This document shows, piece by piece, positions 1 through 9,998 of a DNA stretch of 55,345 nt (within the stretch, counting starts at the first letter, position 1; each line of letters begins with the position of its first letter). A model generated the notes under the pieces. It worked only from the letters and a program-made list of their open reading frames with translations. It searched no databases and was not told the DNA's origin. Both the position numbers and the translations under genes were made by a program. Source of the DNA: a bacterium (GTDB lineage Bacteria; Patescibacteriota; Minisyncoccia; Moranbacterales; UBA2206). The DNA is taken from positions 1 through 55,345 of the forward strand of contig JAJYDG010000002.1 of the NCBI GenBank assembly GCA_021777675.1. The letters are read 5' to 3'.

Positions 1-2
1 AA

Positions 3-857
3 CAACAGAAAGAAGTCGATAAAACAATTAAAAGTTTTCAAGCACCCACCCTGCAAGAAACCAATCTTCGCTTGATAAAATATATTTTACTAATTGATTC
101 GCTTTTTCTTTTTTTCGCAACAATCATCAGCTATTTCCTCTCTCAAGAAACTCTTCGTCCGATTGAAAAAGCACTTGATTTGCAAAAACAATTCAGCGCC
201 AACGCCTCTCATGAATTACGAACTCCTCTGGCAATAGTAAAAACTGATTTTGAGGTAGCATTGAGAAATGACCGGTTAAGTATTCCCGATTATAAAACAA
301 TCATCAAAAGCAATCTTGAAGAGATAGATCGAATGTCCAATATAGTTAGGAATATTCTCAGACTTTCTCGCGGTGATCATGAAAATGAAAACTCTGTCCA
401 CGCTGTTTTTGAGCTTAATCGACTAGTTTTACGCATCGTAAAAAAAATGGATATTCTTGCCAAAAACAAAAAAATCGATTTAAAAATAAGGCACTTGGAT
501 CAGGTTTTTTTTACCGGCAATACTCTTGATTTTGAAGACATTTTGATTAATTTACTCCAAAATGCCATTAACTATACCGAACAGAAAGGAATAATAGAAA
601 TTCAACTCTTAAAAAAAATGGGGGGTGTCGAGCTTTCCATTTCAGACACCGGAATAGGCATAAGCGCCAAAGATTTGCCACATATTTTCGAAAGATTCTA
701 TAAGGTTGATCAAGCAAGAATACAAACCGCCAACGGAGCCGGTCTGGGTCTTTCCCTGGTCAATGAACTCGTAAAAAAATATTGCGGAAAAATTTCAATC
801 ACAAGCGAACTGCAAAAAGGAACAAAAATAACAATTCGCTTTGCCTCTCATCAATAA
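3..857 (+). CDS. Sensor histidine kinase (HisKA + HATPase), 5' truncated by window edge
   Basis: H-box ASHELRTPL, N-box NLLQNAINY, G1 DTGIGI, F-box FERFY, G2 GAGLGL; frame is open from base 3, so the TTG at 72 is probably not the start. Confidence 0.93.
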   Translation, partial: QQKEVDKTIKSFQAPTLQETNLRLIKYILLIDSLFLFFATIISYFLSQETLRPIEKALDLQKQFSANASHELRTPLAIVKTDFEVALRNDRLSIPDYKTIIKSNLEEIDRMSNIVRNILRLSRGDHENENSVHAVFELNRLVLRIVKKMDILAKNKKIDLKIRHLDQVFFTGNTLDFEDILINLLQNAINYTEQKGIIEIQLLKKMGGVELSISDTGIGISAKDLPHIFERFYKVDQARIQTANGAGLGLSLVNELVKKYCGKISITSELQKGTKITIRFASHQ

Positions 858-863
858 ACTTAT

Positions 864-895
864 TTCATAAATTCTTCATTTTCTTGAGCTAGTAT
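864..895 (+). promoter_or_regulatory. OmpR/PhoB-type direct-repeat box plus -10 element
   Basis: TTCAT(864-868)-N6-TTCAT(875-879)-N10-TAGTAT(890-895); same architecture recurs three more times in the window. Confidence 0.65.
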
Positions 896-1026
896 GAACA
901 ATAACTGAAAAGTAGTAAGAAAAACAATGCCAAAAAGTGGCTTGGCAAGAATTTTTTTTCATGCTAGACTGAAACGGAGTTTAATTAAATAATAAATTAA
1001 GTAAATAAATAATAATTTAAAAAAAT

Positions 1027-1356
1027 ATGAACAATTTGAATCTGGAAGGAAAAATCTACGGCTACAACAAAAAAACAGTAGCGCTTCTTGCGCTTGTTGT
1101 TATTGTCTTTGGCATTGCTTTTTATGCCGGAGCAATGTATGAAAAAAAGAAGTTGGCTTCTCTTAAGGGCAAAGGCGGTTCAGCGATTACAACAGGAACA
1201 ACCAAAAAGAAATCCAAAAAAGCAAAAAATCAACTTCCGGCAACTACTGTCAATGGAACGACTCCGGTTACGCCTGACGCAAGCGCAACAGATGTTCCCG
1301 CTCCGGCAACAACCACTCCGAATACGCAAACTTTGCCAGGAACCGGAACGAATTAA
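1027..1356 (+). CDS. Small membrane-anchored protein with Lys-rich and Pro/Thr-rich low-complexity tail
   Basis: ATG start, N-terminal hydrophobic helix (VALLALVVIVFGIAFYAGAMY), followed by a terminator. Confidence 0.8.
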   Translation: MNNLNLEGKIYGYNKKTVALLALVVIVFGIAFYAGAMYEKKKLASLKGKGGSAITTGTTKKKSKKAKNQLPATTVNGTTPVTPDASATDVPAPATTTPNTQTLPGTGTN

Positions 1357-1374
1357 TCCTTGAAGATTTCCATG

Positions 1375-1408
1375 GCAGGGGAAGAAATTCCCCTGCTTTT
1401 CTTTTTTT
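1375..1408 (+). terminator. Intrinsic terminator
   Basis: GCAGGGGAA-gaaa-TTCCCCTGC followed by a T-rich tail. Confidence 0.85.
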
Positions 1409-1506
1409 AAATTATCTGCTAGAATATTTTCTCAGAAGCTCAACCTCAATAACATTGATTTATTTTGTTTATAATTATTTTAATTTTTAAAGAATTTCAA
1501 TAAGCC

Positions 1507-2958
1507 ATGCCAGATAATAAAGTCGCTATCAGATTTAATAATGTTTCCTTTAAATATTCTCGCGAAAAAATTATTCTCGATGAAGTTTCCTTTTCTTTGC
1601 GCCAAAATTCAAAAATTACACTGATGGGACAAAATGGTGCCGGAAAAAGCACTATTTTCAATCTTATTTCAGGTGCAATAAAGCCGGATTCCGGAACAAT
1701 TTATATTTGTGACGATTTGAAAATTGCCTATGCAAAACAAATCATTCCTCAAGAAGAAATGCAGTTGACCGTATATGATTTTTTTCAAAAATGCTTCTCG
1801 GAAAAAATCTATAATCTCACTCCAAAAATAGATGCCGTCCTGGAAATCGTCAATTTAAAAGCGCCTCATAATAGAATAATTCGATCTTTTTCCGGTGGAC
1901 AACAGGCGCGATTGCTTTTAGCTTCGGCGCTGATTATTAACCCTGATTTGTTAATATTAGATGAACCAACAAATAATCTTGATCCGGCTGGTATTGAACA
2001 TCTAACCGCTTTCTTAATCAATTACCCGCATACTTGCATTGTTATTTCGCATGATGCCGATTTTCTCAATGCTTTTACTGATGGAGTTATCTATCTAGAC
2101 ATATTTACTCACACCATCCAACAATACAAGGGAGATTATTATACTGTTGTAAATGAGATTGCGACGCAAATTGAAAAAGAAAAACGTAAAAATGCCCAGT
2201 ACGAAAAAGAAATTTTAGCTAACAAAGAAAAAGCGAATTTTTTCGCCAACAAGGGGGGGAAAATGCGTCTTGTAGCAAGAAGGATGCGCGATAAAGCCGC
2301 CGAAATGGAAGATGCTAAAGTAGATGTGCGCAAAGAAGATCGCGCCATTCGCCCATTTGCCATTCCTTGTCAAGAAGATTTGCCAGTGGAAATTGTCAAT
2401 ATTTCATCCGTAACAACTGTGCAAAATTATGCACCAATAGAAAAAAGTGTTAGAATATCATTGCGCAAAAACCAACATCTTTTACTCTCCGGACCCAACG
2501 GTATCGGAAAAAGCACCCTGCTAGAAACATTAGCGCAAAATTCTTCCACTAGCGCAAAGATTTCCGATAATGTGCGCATCGGATATTACCGACAAGATTT
2601 TTCAACGCTTAATTTCAATGAAACAGTTTATGATTCCCTGCTTTCTGTAATGCAAAAAAAAGATGAGGAAAAATTGCGTTCGATTGCCTCCGGATTTCTA
2701 ATTACCAAAGAGCTTATCAATTCCAAAATCGGCGATTTATCAGAAGGTCAAAAAGGCTTAGTGGCATTTGCGCAATTAGTTTTGCTTGAGCCGGGACTTC
2801 TAATTTTGGATGAGCCGACTAACCATATCAATTTTCGTCATCTGCCCATAATTGCCAGTGCTTTGGATAGCTATAAAGGTGCAATGATTTTAGTCAGTCA
2901 CATACCGGATTTTGTTGAACAAATTAGAATTGACGAAATTTTAAACCTAGAAAAATAG
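1507..2958 (+). CDS. ABC-F family ATPase (two NBDs, no TM; ribosome-associated)
   Basis: Two Walker A motifs (GQNGAGKST, GPNGIGKST), two LDEPTN, signatures FSGGQ and LSEGQ, helical linker between domains. Confidence 0.92.
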   Translation: MPDNKVAIRFNNVSFKYSREKIILDEVSFSLRQNSKITLMGQNGAGKSTIFNLISGAIKPDSGTIYICDDLKIAYAKQIIPQEEMQLTVYDFFQKCFSEKIYNLTPKIDAVLEIVNLKAPHNRIIRSFSGGQQARLLLASALIINPDLLILDEPTNNLDPAGIEHLTAFLINYPHTCIVISHDADFLNAFTDGVIYLDIFTHTIQQYKGDYYTVVNEIATQIEKEKRKNAQYEKEILANKEKANFFANKGGKMRLVARRMRDKAAEMEDAKVDVRKEDRAIRPFAIPCQEDLPVEIVNISSVTTVQNYAPIEKSVRISLRKNQHLLLSGPNGIGKSTLLETLAQNSSTSAKISDNVRIGYYRQDFSTLNFNETVYDSLLSVMQKKDEEKLRSIASGFLITKELINSKIGDLSEGQKGLVAFAQLVLLEPGLLILDEPTNHINFRHLPIIASALDSYKGAMILVSHIPDFVEQIRIDEILNLEK

Positions 2959-2976
2959 AAAAAAGATTTTGTTTTT

Positions 2977-4128
2977 ATGATAAAATTAGGTCGCAAAAAA
3001 TTTTATTCCGCCCCGATGATTTTTCTGCAAATCGGATCGCTCCTGTCCATTGCCGTTGTTTCTCTTTTTGGCGCGCATTTCTTTTTATATTTTTCACTTA
3101 CTCATTTGTTTTGCATAAGTGATAAGCATAAAGATTATTTGATTTTTCTTTTATTTTTTTTGGGAAACAGTTTTATCATATTCTCCATTATCGCCCACTG
3201 GAAAGAAAATGTCGTTACGCGAATTTTTTATTTTCTTTCCGGCTTTTGGTGGGGATTGTTGGCAAATCTAATGCTGGCAATCATAGCAATTTGGATTGTT
3301 CTTTGGTTGAATGATTTACTGGTTTTGGATATAAATATTTTAGCGCTTGAATTATCATTTTTTACCTTAGCCTTTTTGCTTTCATTATATGGCGTTTGGA
3401 ATGCTTATTCTCCGAAAATAAAAAATGTTTTTGCCACCATTCCCAACTTGCCGGAAAATTGGCAAGCAAAAAAAATTGTACATATCTCCGATGTACATTT
3501 AGGGCACCTTTACCGCGCAAATTTTTTACGAAGAATTGTCAACAAAATAAATTCTCAACACCCTGAAATGGTTGCCATTACCGGAGATTTGTTTGATGGA
3601 ATGGATGGAAACTTGGAATCATTGACTTCCCCGTTAAACAATCTCAAAACCAATTATGGAGTTTTTTTCGTCAATGGCAATCACGAAACATACCTTGGAA
3701 TAGAAAAAACGCATAATATTCTTGAAAAAACCAAAGTGCGCATACTGCGTGATGAAGTGATTGATCTTTCCGGGCTAAAATTAATCGGCATCAGCTATCC
3801 CGATCGCGGAGAAAAAAAAGATATCCCCGCTACATTAAAAAAGTTAAGGCCGGATTTTTTTGGAAAACCGAATATTTTTATCTATCACTCTCCGATCAAT
3901 ATCTCACAAATAGCCAAAAATGGTGTTAATTTGCAATTATCCGGACACACTCATTTAGGTCAAATTTTTCCCTTTAATTTTATTACTAAAATAATTTATC
4001 ACGGTTATGATTATGGATTACACTGTATAGACAATTATACCCTTTATGTAACAAATGGCGTTGGCACGTGGGGTCCAATGATGCGCATTGGCAATGTTCC
4101 GGAAGTTGTTGTAATCACATTGAAATAA
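2977..4128 (+). CDS. Membrane-anchored metallophosphoesterase (YkuE-like)
   Basis: N-terminal TM helices; SDVHLG, TGDLFD, GNHE, SGHTH motifs; start may be the downstream ATG. Confidence 0.9.
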   Translation: MIKLGRKKFYSAPMIFLQIGSLLSIAVVSLFGAHFFLYFSLTHLFCISDKHKDYLIFLLFFLGNSFIIFSIIAHWKENVVTRIFYFLSGFWWGLLANLMLAIIAIWIVLWLNDLLVLDINILALELSFFTLAFLLSLYGVWNAYSPKIKNVFATIPNLPENWQAKKIVHISDVHLGHLYRANFLRRIVNKINSQHPEMVAITGDLFDGMDGNLESLTSPLNNLKTNYGVFFVNGNHETYLGIEKTHNILEKTKVRILRDEVIDLSGLKLIGISYPDRGEKKDIPATLKKLRPDFFGKPNIFIYHSPINISQIAKNGVNLQLSGHTHLGQIFPFNFITKIIYHGYDYGLHCIDNYTLYVTNGVGTWGPMMRIGNVPEVVVITLK

Positions 4129-4171
4129 AAAAATATTAAAAAAATAGATTGCGTTTATTGCAATATTTTTT

Positions 4172-5290
4172 ATGAAAAATATTATCTTAAAACTTTTTTT
4201 ACCATGGCTTATTTTACTCCTTTTAATCGGCTATTTTTCACAAAATTTTTCCCATTGGGACGGCATTAAAAATTGTTATTATAAAAAATATCCACCCTAT
4301 TTTCGTTGGGACTCTTCTTGGTACACCGGCATTGCGCAAAAAGGCTATACGTCTTTTTCCGCCGAAAAAAATTCTACTGCCGCATTTTGGCCACTCTATC
4401 CGGCAACAATTAATTTTTTCTATCATACTTTTAATATTCGCCCGCCCAAAATGGCTTTTTTACTCAGCATTTGCTATGCTTTTTTGGCCACGATATTAAT
4501 TTATCATCTTGCTCGATTGGACTATGATAAAAAAGAAAGTTTTCAAATCATCCTGGTTTTCTTATCTTTTCCCTCTTCCTATTATCTAATCACCGTATAT
4601 CCCGAATCGCTTTTTGTATTACTGGCCGCCGTCAGCTTATATCTGGGAAGAAAAAAATTTTGGTTTTTAGCAGGAGTTGCATCCGCTCTCCTAGCATTCA
4701 CCAAACCCTATGGTGCATTGATAATGCCAGTTTTATTTGTGGAATATTTGGAAAATATTAACTGGCAATGGAATAGGGCGCTACATAAATTCGATTGGCT
4801 TCCTCTTTGCTTTCCGGCAATTTCCGTACTTATTTTTATTTATTATAATTATATTCATTTTAATGAACCGTTTGCTTTTGCCATTGCGCAACGTACATGG
4901 GGAAGAAGTTTTGGCAATCCTGTTATTGCACTTTTTGATGAAGCAAAATATTATCTTTTTACCAATGGCTCTCATATTTTTTCCGGCGGAAATATTGAAT
5001 ATTTAATTTATCTTTTTAGTTTCTTTTTTTCTATTTTGGCATTTATTATTTCGTGGAAAACCGTACGAAAAAGCTACCTACTCTTCACCGGAATGATTTT
5101 ACTTCTAGCTCTTTACAGTGGCACACTCACCAGCTGGTACCGCTATATGCTTCTTACTTTTCCCATTCTTTTCGGACCAGCACTTTATCTTATGAAAAAT
5201 AAGCGACTTAATTATTTTTATCTTGCCATTTCGTTGATTTTACTTATTATAATCTCCAGTCTTTTCGTTCGTTGCTATCCGGTAGTTTAG
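4172..5290 (+). CDS. GT-C membrane glycosyltransferase, PIG-V/mannosyltransferase-like
   Basis: RWDSSWY..IA..GY, AFWPLYP, YPESLF motifs; about 10 hydrophobic segments. Confidence 0.8.
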   Translation: MKNIILKLFLPWLILLLLIGYFSQNFSHWDGIKNCYYKKYPPYFRWDSSWYTGIAQKGYTSFSAEKNSTAAFWPLYPATINFFYHTFNIRPPKMAFLLSICYAFLATILIYHLARLDYDKKESFQIILVFLSFPSSYYLITVYPESLFVLLAAVSLYLGRKKFWFLAGVASALLAFTKPYGALIMPVLFVEYLENINWQWNRALHKFDWLPLCFPAISVLIFIYYNYIHFNEPFAFAIAQRTWGRSFGNPVIALFDEAKYYLFTNGSHIFSGGNIEYLIYLFSFFFSILAFIISWKTVRKSYLLFTGMILLLALYSGTLTSWYRYMLLTFPILFGPALYLMKNKRLNYFYLAISLILLIIISSLFVRCYPVV

Positions 5291-5316
5291 CTTAACCATG
5301 ATACTGTCGACTGTTT

Positions 5317-5345
5317 TTGACAAAACTTCATATTAAGAGTAAACT
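5317..5345 (+). promoter_or_regulatory. Sigma70-type promoter of typA
   Basis: TTGACA-N17-TAAACT. Confidence 0.7.
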
Positions 5346-5393
5346 GAAATTTATGTTTTAAATTAATTTAAATTTATCTAAAAAAAAATTACG

Positions 5394-7181
5394 ATGGAAA
5401 TTAGAAATATTGCGATTATCGCTCATGTAGATCATGGAAAAACGACTTTGACTGATGCAATTATGCGTCAAACAGGAGTTGTCTGCGAAGGAGCGACAAT
5501 GGATAGTAATACCTTGGAGCAAGAACGAGGGATCACTATTTATTCTAAAAATGCCGCTATTATCTATAAAAATACCAAGATCAACATTGTTGACACGCCG
5601 GGACATGCCGATTTCGGTTCCGAAGTGGAACGAGTTTTGCGCTCAATTGATAGCGTTGTTCTTGTTGTCGACGCGCAAGAAGGTCCGATGCCTAAAACCA
5701 GATTTGTCCTTAAAAAATCGTTGGAACTCGGACTGAAGCCAATTGTGGTAATCAATAAAATTGACAAACCTGCCGCCGATCCGGATATGGTGCAAGAACA
5801 AGTTTTTGAACTTTTTTTGGATTTAGGCGCAACTGACGAACAGCTGGAATTTACCACTGTCTACGCTATCGCTCGTGAAGGAATTGCCAAATTGCGTATA
5901 GATGATATTTCCACTGATCTTTCCCCTCTTCTCGACACAATTCTCGCCCGCGTTCCGGCAACACCGCTAGAAAATAATAATAAGCCTCTGCGAATGCAAC
6001 TTTTTAACCTTGGCTATGATAACTTTTTGGGACGATTGGGTATTGGACGAATTTATGAGGGAATAATTCATACTGGCGACATGCTTACCGTTAAAAAAAA
6101 TGATGGCGCGATAGAAACTGGAAAAATTACCAAGCTTTTTTCTTTTATGGGAATACAAAGACAAGAAGTGACCGAAGCGATAGCAGGAGATATTGTTATG
6201 ATTTCCGGAATTCCCAAAATTGATATAGGAGAAACAGTTTGCGCCACCCCTGAACAAGAGGCCTTGCCATATATCAGCATTGATGAACCAACTATTTCTT
6301 TGAATTTTTTAGTTAATGACTCCCCCTTCGCCGGTCGTGAGGGAAAGTTAGTTACAAATAAACAAATCAAAGAAAGGTTGCTGAAAGAGCTGGAAATCAA
6401 TGTGGGACTCAAAATTGATTTTTCCACTTCCGAGTATTACACCGTATTTGGTCGTGGCGAATTGCACGTAGCCATTCTTTTGGAAAATATGCGTCGCGAA
6501 GGTTTTGAGGTGCAAGTATCAAAACCGCGTGTTATTATCAAAGAAGTTGACGGAGTAAAGTCAGAACCGTTTGAAGAATTAACTGTCGATGTACCGGAAA
6601 AAACTTCTGGTGTGGTTATTGAAAAAATTGGCAAAAGAAAAGGGATTATGATAAACATGAAACAAACAGGCAATCAAATGCGAATGATATTTGAAGCCCC
6701 TACAAGAGGAATTTTGGGCTATCGCGGAGAGTTTATGATTGACACGCGCGGAGAAGGCATTCTTTGTAGTCGTGTAATCGGATTTAGGCCGTATGCCGGA
6801 GATATCAAGAAAACCGATACCGGTTCAATGATTTCCATGGCAACCGGAAAAGCGCTCGGGTTTTCCTTGGCAAATCTTCAAACGCGAGGAACACTTTTTA
6901 TTGAACCAGGAACTGAAGTTTATGAGGGAATGGTAATTGGAAACACTTCCAAAGGTCAAGATATGGCTGTTAATCCGACTAAGGGCAAGCAAATGAGCAA
7001 TATGCGATCTTCCGGAGCTGATGAAGCCATTCAGCTTACGCCACCAACAAAAATCACTCTTGAGCACGGCCTGGAAATAATGGCAGACGATGAATATCTG
7101 GAAGTCACTCCACTTTCCGTGCGCTTACGCAAACAATACCTAAATGAAACTGAAAGAATTAGACAATCACGAAAAAGCTAA
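5394..7181 (+). CDS. typA: Translational GTPase TypA/BipA
   Basis: [41 protein letters not shown] and C-terminal EVTP..RLRK. Confidence 0.98.
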   Translation: MEIRNIAIIAHVDHGKTTLTDAIMRQTGVVCEGATMDSNTLEQERGITIYSKNAAIIYKNTKINIVDTPGHADFGSEVERVLRSIDSVVLVVDAQEGPMPKTRFVLKKSLELGLKPIVVINKIDKPAADPDMVQEQVFELFLDLGATDEQLEFTTVYAIAREGIAKLRIDDISTDLSPLLDTILARVPATPLENNNKPLRMQLFNLGYDNFLGRLGIGRIYEGIIHTGDMLTVKKNDGAIETGKITKLFSFMGIQRQEVTEAIAGDIVMISGIPKIDIGETVCATPEQEALPYISIDEPTISLNFLVNDSPFAGREGKLVTNKQIKERLLKELEINVGLKIDFSTSEYYTVFGRGELHVAILLENMRREGFEVQVSKPRVIIKEVDGVKSEPFEELTVDVPEKTSGVVIEKIGKRKGIMINMKQTGNQMRMIFEAPTRGILGYRGEFMIDTRGEGILCSRVIGFRPYAGDIKKTDTGSMISMATGKALGFSLANLQTRGTLFIEPGTEVYEGMVIGNTSKGQDMAVNPTKGKQMSNMRSSGADEAIQLTPPTKITLEHGLEIMADDEYLEVTPLSVRLRKQYLNETERIRQSRKS

Positions 7182-7186
7182 AAAAA

Positions 7187-8146
7187 TTATTTTGTTTTTA
7201 TTTTTTTGACAAACGCAAAAAAAGCTTCATCAAAATATTTTTTGATAATCTTTTTTCCGTCATCTAGATCGCTATGATACACTTGCATCAAATCATCCAA
7301 ATCAGCCGTAACTATTTCCACTTTTTTTCCTATTTTATTTAAATTCAAAATCGGAAAAGCTAATTTAGCAACAGCCAAATCCGCAATAACTGTCACGGGA
7401 GCGTTTCCAACGCAATCAACAATAATAATCTTTTTTGTCTTATTTAAAATTGAAAAATATTTTTTTTCAAAAGCACGAAAACCACGCCCCCAATAGATTG
7501 GCTTGTCATAAGACAGCTCTTCGTTTCCGGAAAAAACAAATAAACTATTTTCTAAAATTTCAGGTTTTTCCAATAAACTTTTCATTAAAAGCGCAACTCC
7601 CGAGGCATTGTCAATAGCGCCTTTTTTTATGCTGTCATAATGAGCAAAAGAAATGGTTTGCGGATTTTTCAAGTTGCCCACTAAAATATTTTTTGATTTA
7701 AATTTTTTTCTCTCAACAACAACTTCTCCAAAAATCTTTTTAGCTTTAATAACTAAAGCTATTTTTTCGCGACTCACGCAAATTGCCGGAGCAAAATAAT
7801 AATTATTTAAAGAAATGCCGGAACATTTCGGATTGTAATTAATATTGGAAATATCTTGACAAATTGAAGAAGAAAGTAATGAACTGATTATTATATCATT
7901 GGATTTTATTTCCCCACTTACAAAAGAGCAACCTTCACAATCAATTTGCTTTTTATCCGCCATAAGTAAAACTTTTTTTGTCAAAGGAATTTCAGTTTCA
8001 AATTCCTGAATCGCATAGAAAACAGAATTTTTCTCCAAAAAAGAAACCAAAAAATCTGCCGTCTTTTTTTCATTTTCAAATTGCCTTGGAGCAAAAGAGA
8101 CTAACTTGGCGATAAATTTTTGATAATCAAATTTTTCAGTCTGCAT
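7187..8146 (-). CDS. M28-family zinc peptidase-like protein
   Basis: AHYDS, GAIDNASGV, GNEEL, DCVG, YHS metal-ligand motifs; likely start ATG at 8146 (MQTEK) because the longer ORF overlaps a hairpin. Confidence 0.8.
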   Translation of the reverse strand: MQTEKFDYQKFIAKLVSFAPRQFENEKKTADFLVSFLEKNSVFYAIQEFETEIPLTKKVLLMADKKQIDCEGCSFVSGEIKSNDIIISSLLSSSICQDISNINYNPKCSGISLNNYYFAPAICVSREKIALVIKAKKIFGEVVVERKKFKSKNILVGNLKNPQTISFAHYDSIKKGAIDNASGVALLMKSLLEKPEILENSLFVFSGNEELSYDKPIYWGRGFRAFEKKYFSILNKTKKIIIVDCVGNAPVTVIADLAVAKLAFPILNLNKIGKKVEIVTADLDDLMQVYHSDLDDGKKIIKKYFDEAFFAFVKKIKTK

Positions 8147-8172
8147 ATGTTTATTAAAAAATAAATTATTAT

Positions 8173-8213
8173 GAAAAGGGGCTATGCTACTAAATTTTAG
8201 CATAACCCCTTTC
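8173..8213 (-). terminator. Hairpin, probable terminator of the upstream unknown gene
   Basis: Minus strand GAAAGGGGTTATGCTA-loop-TAGCATAGCCCCTTTTC. Confidence 0.65.
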
Positions 8214-8221
8214 TGAAGCAA

Positions 8222-9186
8222 CTATGAACGAGCAATCAGCTCTTTTTCATAGTGCTTCATAATCTCAAAAAAACAACTTTCTTCGACCAAAAAAGGTGGC
8301 CTGGAAAGTGATTTCAAAAAATCATTTACTTCTAGAGCTTTTTCGGGAATTTCATTCAACTTGGAATGAAATTCGCCAAAATCAACCCTGAGCGGGGTAT
8401 CAAGAATAAGTGGTAAAAAACCACATATATTTTCAATTTCCCGGTTGTTTTTTTTGAACCACAAAACTACTTGTGGTTCCTCATCAACGGTTGACGCTAA
8501 CCCCCTGGATCCGTCAAGGAAGAGCAGGAGGTAGAAAAAATAATACCAGTCCGCCGGTGGACGGACATCCTTATTGATTCCGACATCTATCCCGCTAATC
8601 CTTTTTTCATATCCTCCCCTTTTTTCAAAGACAAATTCGGGAAGATTTTTTTTCGCTACAAAAAAAGTTCTGAAAAAAAATTACTCAGATCTTTTTTTTC
8701 AATTTCCTCTTCCGGAATAGCTTTTTTCATCATCTCCCAGTGGAATTCCGGCAAAGTCTTTCCGCAATGACTTTTTAATTCGGAAAAAATTGCTCCTTGC
8801 AAATTCTTTTGATCAGAAACTCTTTTGCAATTCACAATCAAGCCTCCTTTTCGACCTTTTTTCAAAAGAGGGATCGAAATGATGGATTTTTTGTAATTGT
8901 TTATTCCTCTTTGCGGAAAAGTATCCCTCACAAGAGAAAGAAACATTGGTGAAATTCCCCATTCATTTGCTGCCAAGTACAGCGACAAATGCTCGATGTT
9001 AGGCATCGGCACCTGCCTCGCCAAACAGATTTGAAAACTATCCTGTTTGGGAAAATGCTTATTGGCAATCAAGAAAAAATTCTCGATTCCAAAATTTTTT
9101 TTGCAATAAGCATTAATTCTTTCTTTAATATGCCCTTGGGCATATCTTCTTTTTTCAATTTCATTTTTCAACTGACCTAATTTCAT
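8222..9186 (-). CDS. Unknown protein, split by a -1 frameshift (about 321 aa if joined); pseudogene, recoded gene or assembly error
   Basis: Frame 1: ATG 9186 (AGGAG SD) to TAG 8656. The -1 frame is open 8680-8222. The frames overlap over T8 (8673-8680) and T7 (8660-8666) tracts and the joined product reads as continuous protein. Confidence 0.65.
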
Positions 9187-9212
9187 TTTTTTTCTCCTTT
9201 TCTTTCTGTTTT

Positions 9213-9224
9213 TTTTCAAAGAAC
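9213..9224 (-). promoter_or_regulatory. boxA-like antitermination motif
   Basis: Minus strand GTTCTTTGAAAA directly after the terminator U-tract; matches the Firmicutes-type rrn boxA sequence as I recall it. Confidence 0.5.
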
Positions 9225-9225
9225 T

Positions 9226-9260
9226 AAAAAAACCGGCTCTTTCGAGACCGGTTTTGGTTT
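9226..9260 (-). terminator. Attenuator terminator
   Basis: Minus strand AAACCAAAACCGGTCTC-GAAA-GAGCCGG-T7, between leader ORF and downstream gene. Confidence 0.85.
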
Positions 9261-9279
9261 TTTTAAAAAATGTTTTTTA

Positions 9280-9393
9280 TCATACGCTCGTAACATTTTC
9301 TCTGAAACCAAAACCGGCCTGGGCAATCCAGACAATAATAAACAAGCAGACATACAAACCGACAGAAATTGTTTTGGCGTTTATTTTTTGCAT
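9280..9393 (-). CDS. Putative attenuator leader peptide, 37 aa (MQKINAKTISVGLYVCLFIIVWIAQAGFGFRENVTSV)
   Basis: ATG 6 nt downstream of a -10 element; contains a 13-nt segment (9305-9317) perfectly complementary to the terminator 5' arm (9248-9260). Confidence 0.7.
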   Translation of the reverse strand: MQKINAKTISVGLYVCLFIIVWIAQAGFGFRENVTSV

Positions 9394-9399
9394 AAGAAC

Positions 9400-9428
9400 A
9401 ATTTAACAAATATTCAAATTTTTGTCAA
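9400..9428 (-). promoter_or_regulatory. Sigma70-type promoter giving a leaderless transcript of the leader ORF
   Basis: TTGACA(9428-9423)-N17-TAAATT(9405-9400) with TGn extension. Confidence 0.7.
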
Positions 9429-9517
9429 ATTTTCGAATTAGCTCACCAGAAATTTAACTGTAATGCATTTCGTTAGTTCATTTAATTCTTATAATCCGCT
9501 ATAATTAATAAAATATC

Positions 9518-9558
9518 AAACTTAAAAAACCTCCCCTAAGGGGAGGTTTTTTAAGTTT
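9518..9558. terminator. Bidirectional intrinsic terminator
   Basis: Perfect 19-bp inverted repeat AAACTTAAAAAACCTCCCC-taa-GGGGAGGTTTTTTAAGTTT. Confidence 0.9.
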
Positions 9559-9571
9559 AGCAAGCTACTCG

Positions 9572-9850
9572 CTAGTCTTGATGATTCCCCTCATCTCCCT
9601 CGAATTGATGATTGATGCCATCTTTTTCATTAGTAACTGATTCTTTCCCATCAGCCACATCACCAACTTCCGATTTATCAACAGTTTCTCCGGCAATTTT
9701 TTCAGTTGTCGTTGATTGCTCAACTGTATTGATTACAGGAGTATTGTTTGTAGTGCTCGCATTATTAGCCGATACTTGCATTGCGCCAATCGCTCCCCCT
9801 CCGAGAAGCAGTCCCAATGCAAGCATAGACAAGGTTTTATTGTTTTTCAT
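9572..9850 (-). CDS. Small secreted acidic low-complexity protein
   Basis: Signal-peptide-like N-terminus ending VSA; acidic/His tail DGINHQFEGDEGNHQD; own box-promoter and terminator. Confidence 0.8.
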   Translation of the reverse strand: MKNNKTLSMLALGLLLGGGAIGAMQVSANNASTTNNTPVINTVEQSTTTEKIAGETVDKSEVGDVADGKESVTNEKDGINHQFEGDEGNHQD

Positions 9851-9951
9851 AGATTTTAAATTTAATGATTAAAACGAATTATTTTTGAAATAATATTTTC
9901 GACCCCAAACGACAAATGAAAATCTTGTCGCCGAAACACTATTTCATTTTT

Positions 9952-9983
9952 AGTTTAGTAGAGTAAGATGAACGGCTTATGAA
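9952..9983 (-). promoter_or_regulatory. OmpR/PhoB-type direct-repeat box plus -10 element
   Basis: Minus strand TTCAT-AAGCCG-TTCAT-N10-TAAACT. Confidence 0.65.
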
Positions 9984-9998
9984 AAAAATAGGCATTTT

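Noticed and set aside
1408..1506. Possible antibiotic-sensing attenuator upstream of the ABC-F gene
   Set aside because: Only an extended -10 (TGCTAGAAT) and AT-rich UTR seen; no uORF or alternative hairpins, so no resistance claim is made
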